A stretch of DNA of 62,935 bases, the filler included, from Rhabdomonas costata (lineage: Eukaryota): NCBI GenBank assembly GCA_019059605.1. It is 51 parts of 51 records of this genome, joined end to end, with 100 filler letters (N's around TTAATTAATTAA, not from the genome) between each part and the next. Parts side by side here need not be neighbours in the genome. Positions count along the whole stretch, not along the records: positions 60,567 to 61,701 come from JAHMHO010026862.1; positions 61,802 to 62,935 come from JAHMHO010026863.1; 49 more parts are not named here. One strand, 5' to 3'. The notes under the pieces were generated by a model. That model did not search any database. It saw only the letters and a program-made list of their open reading frames with translations, and had not been told where the DNA came from. The translations under genes and the position numbers were made by a program. Below, in pieces: positions 61,654-62,935 of this stretch. Positions within the stretch are counted from its first letter, which is position 1. The number at the start of each line of letters is the position of its first letter.

Positions 61654-61979
61654 GTAAGCTCTTTAGCTGCCCCTTCAAGCTTCCCGGAGGCTTGATGTCA
61701 ANNNNNNNNNNNNNNNNNNNNNNNNNNNNNNNNNNNNNNNNNNNNTTAATTAATTAANNNNNNNNNNNNNNNNNNNNNNNNNNNNNNNNNNNNNNNNNNN
61801 NGTGGGTTGGTAACAGTGTTTGCACAAGTTTGTGGGTTTAAAATCGGAGAGGAAACACACAGGGGTGATGAAGTGTGTTTGTATGAAAACGTAAAAATAC
61901 CCTTAAGATGCGTTCTTTGGGGGGGGGGGCTTATTTCTCTTTAAATACAAAAAACTCCCTATTCAAACACATGGCTCAT

Positions 61980-62057
61980 GGACTCGAGATCTACTTCCCC
62001 CCTGGGCTCCCACCTTTCGATGAGGCAAGGGCCCATCGGTCGGCCCACGGTGCTTTG
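61980..62057 (+). repeat. Second copy of the interspersed repeat at 57787-57880
   Basis: Shared nucleotide blocks with an internal deletion of about 13 nt. Confidence 0.85.
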
Positions 62058-62259
62058 CACTCCCCCCTCCCTCTCTATTTCCCATTTTTGACCTTGTCAC
62101 CACAAGTGCAGCATACCCCAACTCGGAGTCTCGGGGATGGGGGTAGGATAGGTATCTCCGCAAATGTGAAGAGTCCAGTCATCAATGGTTTTTCAATGGT
62201 CAGATTGACCCGCGAAAAAAAAAACAGAAGACTAACAAAAGCGAAAAGTGGACAAACCT

Positions 62260-62935
62260 CCACGACGAAAAGGGGCACGGCTGCTGCTCCTCAGCTGCGC
62301 GGGTGAGACTCCACCACTTCCGAAGTCCTTCCAGCACAACTAAGACGCACACCCCAACCGCATGTCCAACACAACACTTTGGGCACCGCGGGCACTGCAT
62401 GAGCGCCACCGGGCTAAGCGCCAGCGCCACGTACACCGCAAAAAGGCACGCACAGGCCCACGCCACCGTGAGGTCGTGGACTCGGGACAACAACCCCCCG
62501 GGTGCCTCAACCCCTTGTCCCGCGAACAACGCCATAAAGACGAACCGAACCCAGAAAGGAAACTCCACGTGAAGCCCCGCCACAAGCAGCAGCAACAAGC
62601 GCAGAGGTTTCACGCTGTGTGTCAGAAAGGAAAGAAGCCTTTGTGCCACACGGACTGAAGGGCAGGAGGCCCATTCCGGGCACGGAAGGGCCATCTCCCC
62701 GGCAGTGGGGAGGTCCTCCTCCCACTCCTCCCGAGCGTGGACAAAGTGGCCTACAAACAGCGCAATTTTAGTGTGCACCAGGAGGTGCACAAATGCCCAG
62801 TGCAGGCGAGGAAACCCAATCACCACCATCACTTGGGCCCACGGCCGGCCCACCACCACACCAGGGAACACCAAGAGCTTCGTTGTACCCTCCCACTCCC
62901 CGCTCGGTCCCAGCAGCTGTGCCGCCGTGATGGGT
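62260..62935 (-). CDS. Probable multi-pass membrane protein exon, unknown family
   Basis: Open for over 220 codons from the contig edge, GC3-biased, several hydrophobic segments; possible GT donor near 62257. Confidence 0.5.

Noticed and set aside
1137-61801. Regularly spaced TTAATTAATTAA flanked by N runs, superficially CRISPR-like
   Set aside because: Synthetic six-frame-stop linker; ORFs ending in X...LIN or X...N are artefacts of it
1-62935. rRNA, tRNA, CRISPR arrays, operons and euglenid non-conventional introns
   Set aside because: None recognised; every intron that could be delimited fits GT/GC-AG, and cross-contig gene clusters are meaningless here

Overview
This window is not a contiguous locus. 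It is about 51 unrelated contigs of about 1,135 bp, joined by an artificial 100-nt linker (44 N + TTAATTAATTAA + 44 N), so nothing can be inferred from adjacency across linkers. Most contigs come from an intron-rich eukaryote with short GC3-rich exons and GT/GC-AG introns. The gene content suggests a euglenozoan, probably euglenid-like, protist (inference): HAMP-linked receptor, PstS-like ectodomain, ART-like domains, response regulator, PEP mutase. Recognisable host fragments are DPH1, PEP mutase, class I PDE, ACSBG-like acyl-CoA synthetase, and SPPL-like, TLC, DysF, IPT/TIG, ankyrin and docking-domain proteins. Three very AT-rich contigs (1-1136, 28434-29569, 49446-50581) look like giant-virus (Imitervirales-like) DNA. 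Two of them carry multiple frameshifts and stops, which suggests a decaying endogenous giant virus; this is the best lead. Also present: an AT-rich origin-like contig with 35-bp periodic repeats, retroelement relics, an intronless foreign-looking amidohydrolase, and recurrent GCACG splice donors. All family calls are by-eye motif recognition; no database searches were run. Most of the supplied ORF track is spurious.
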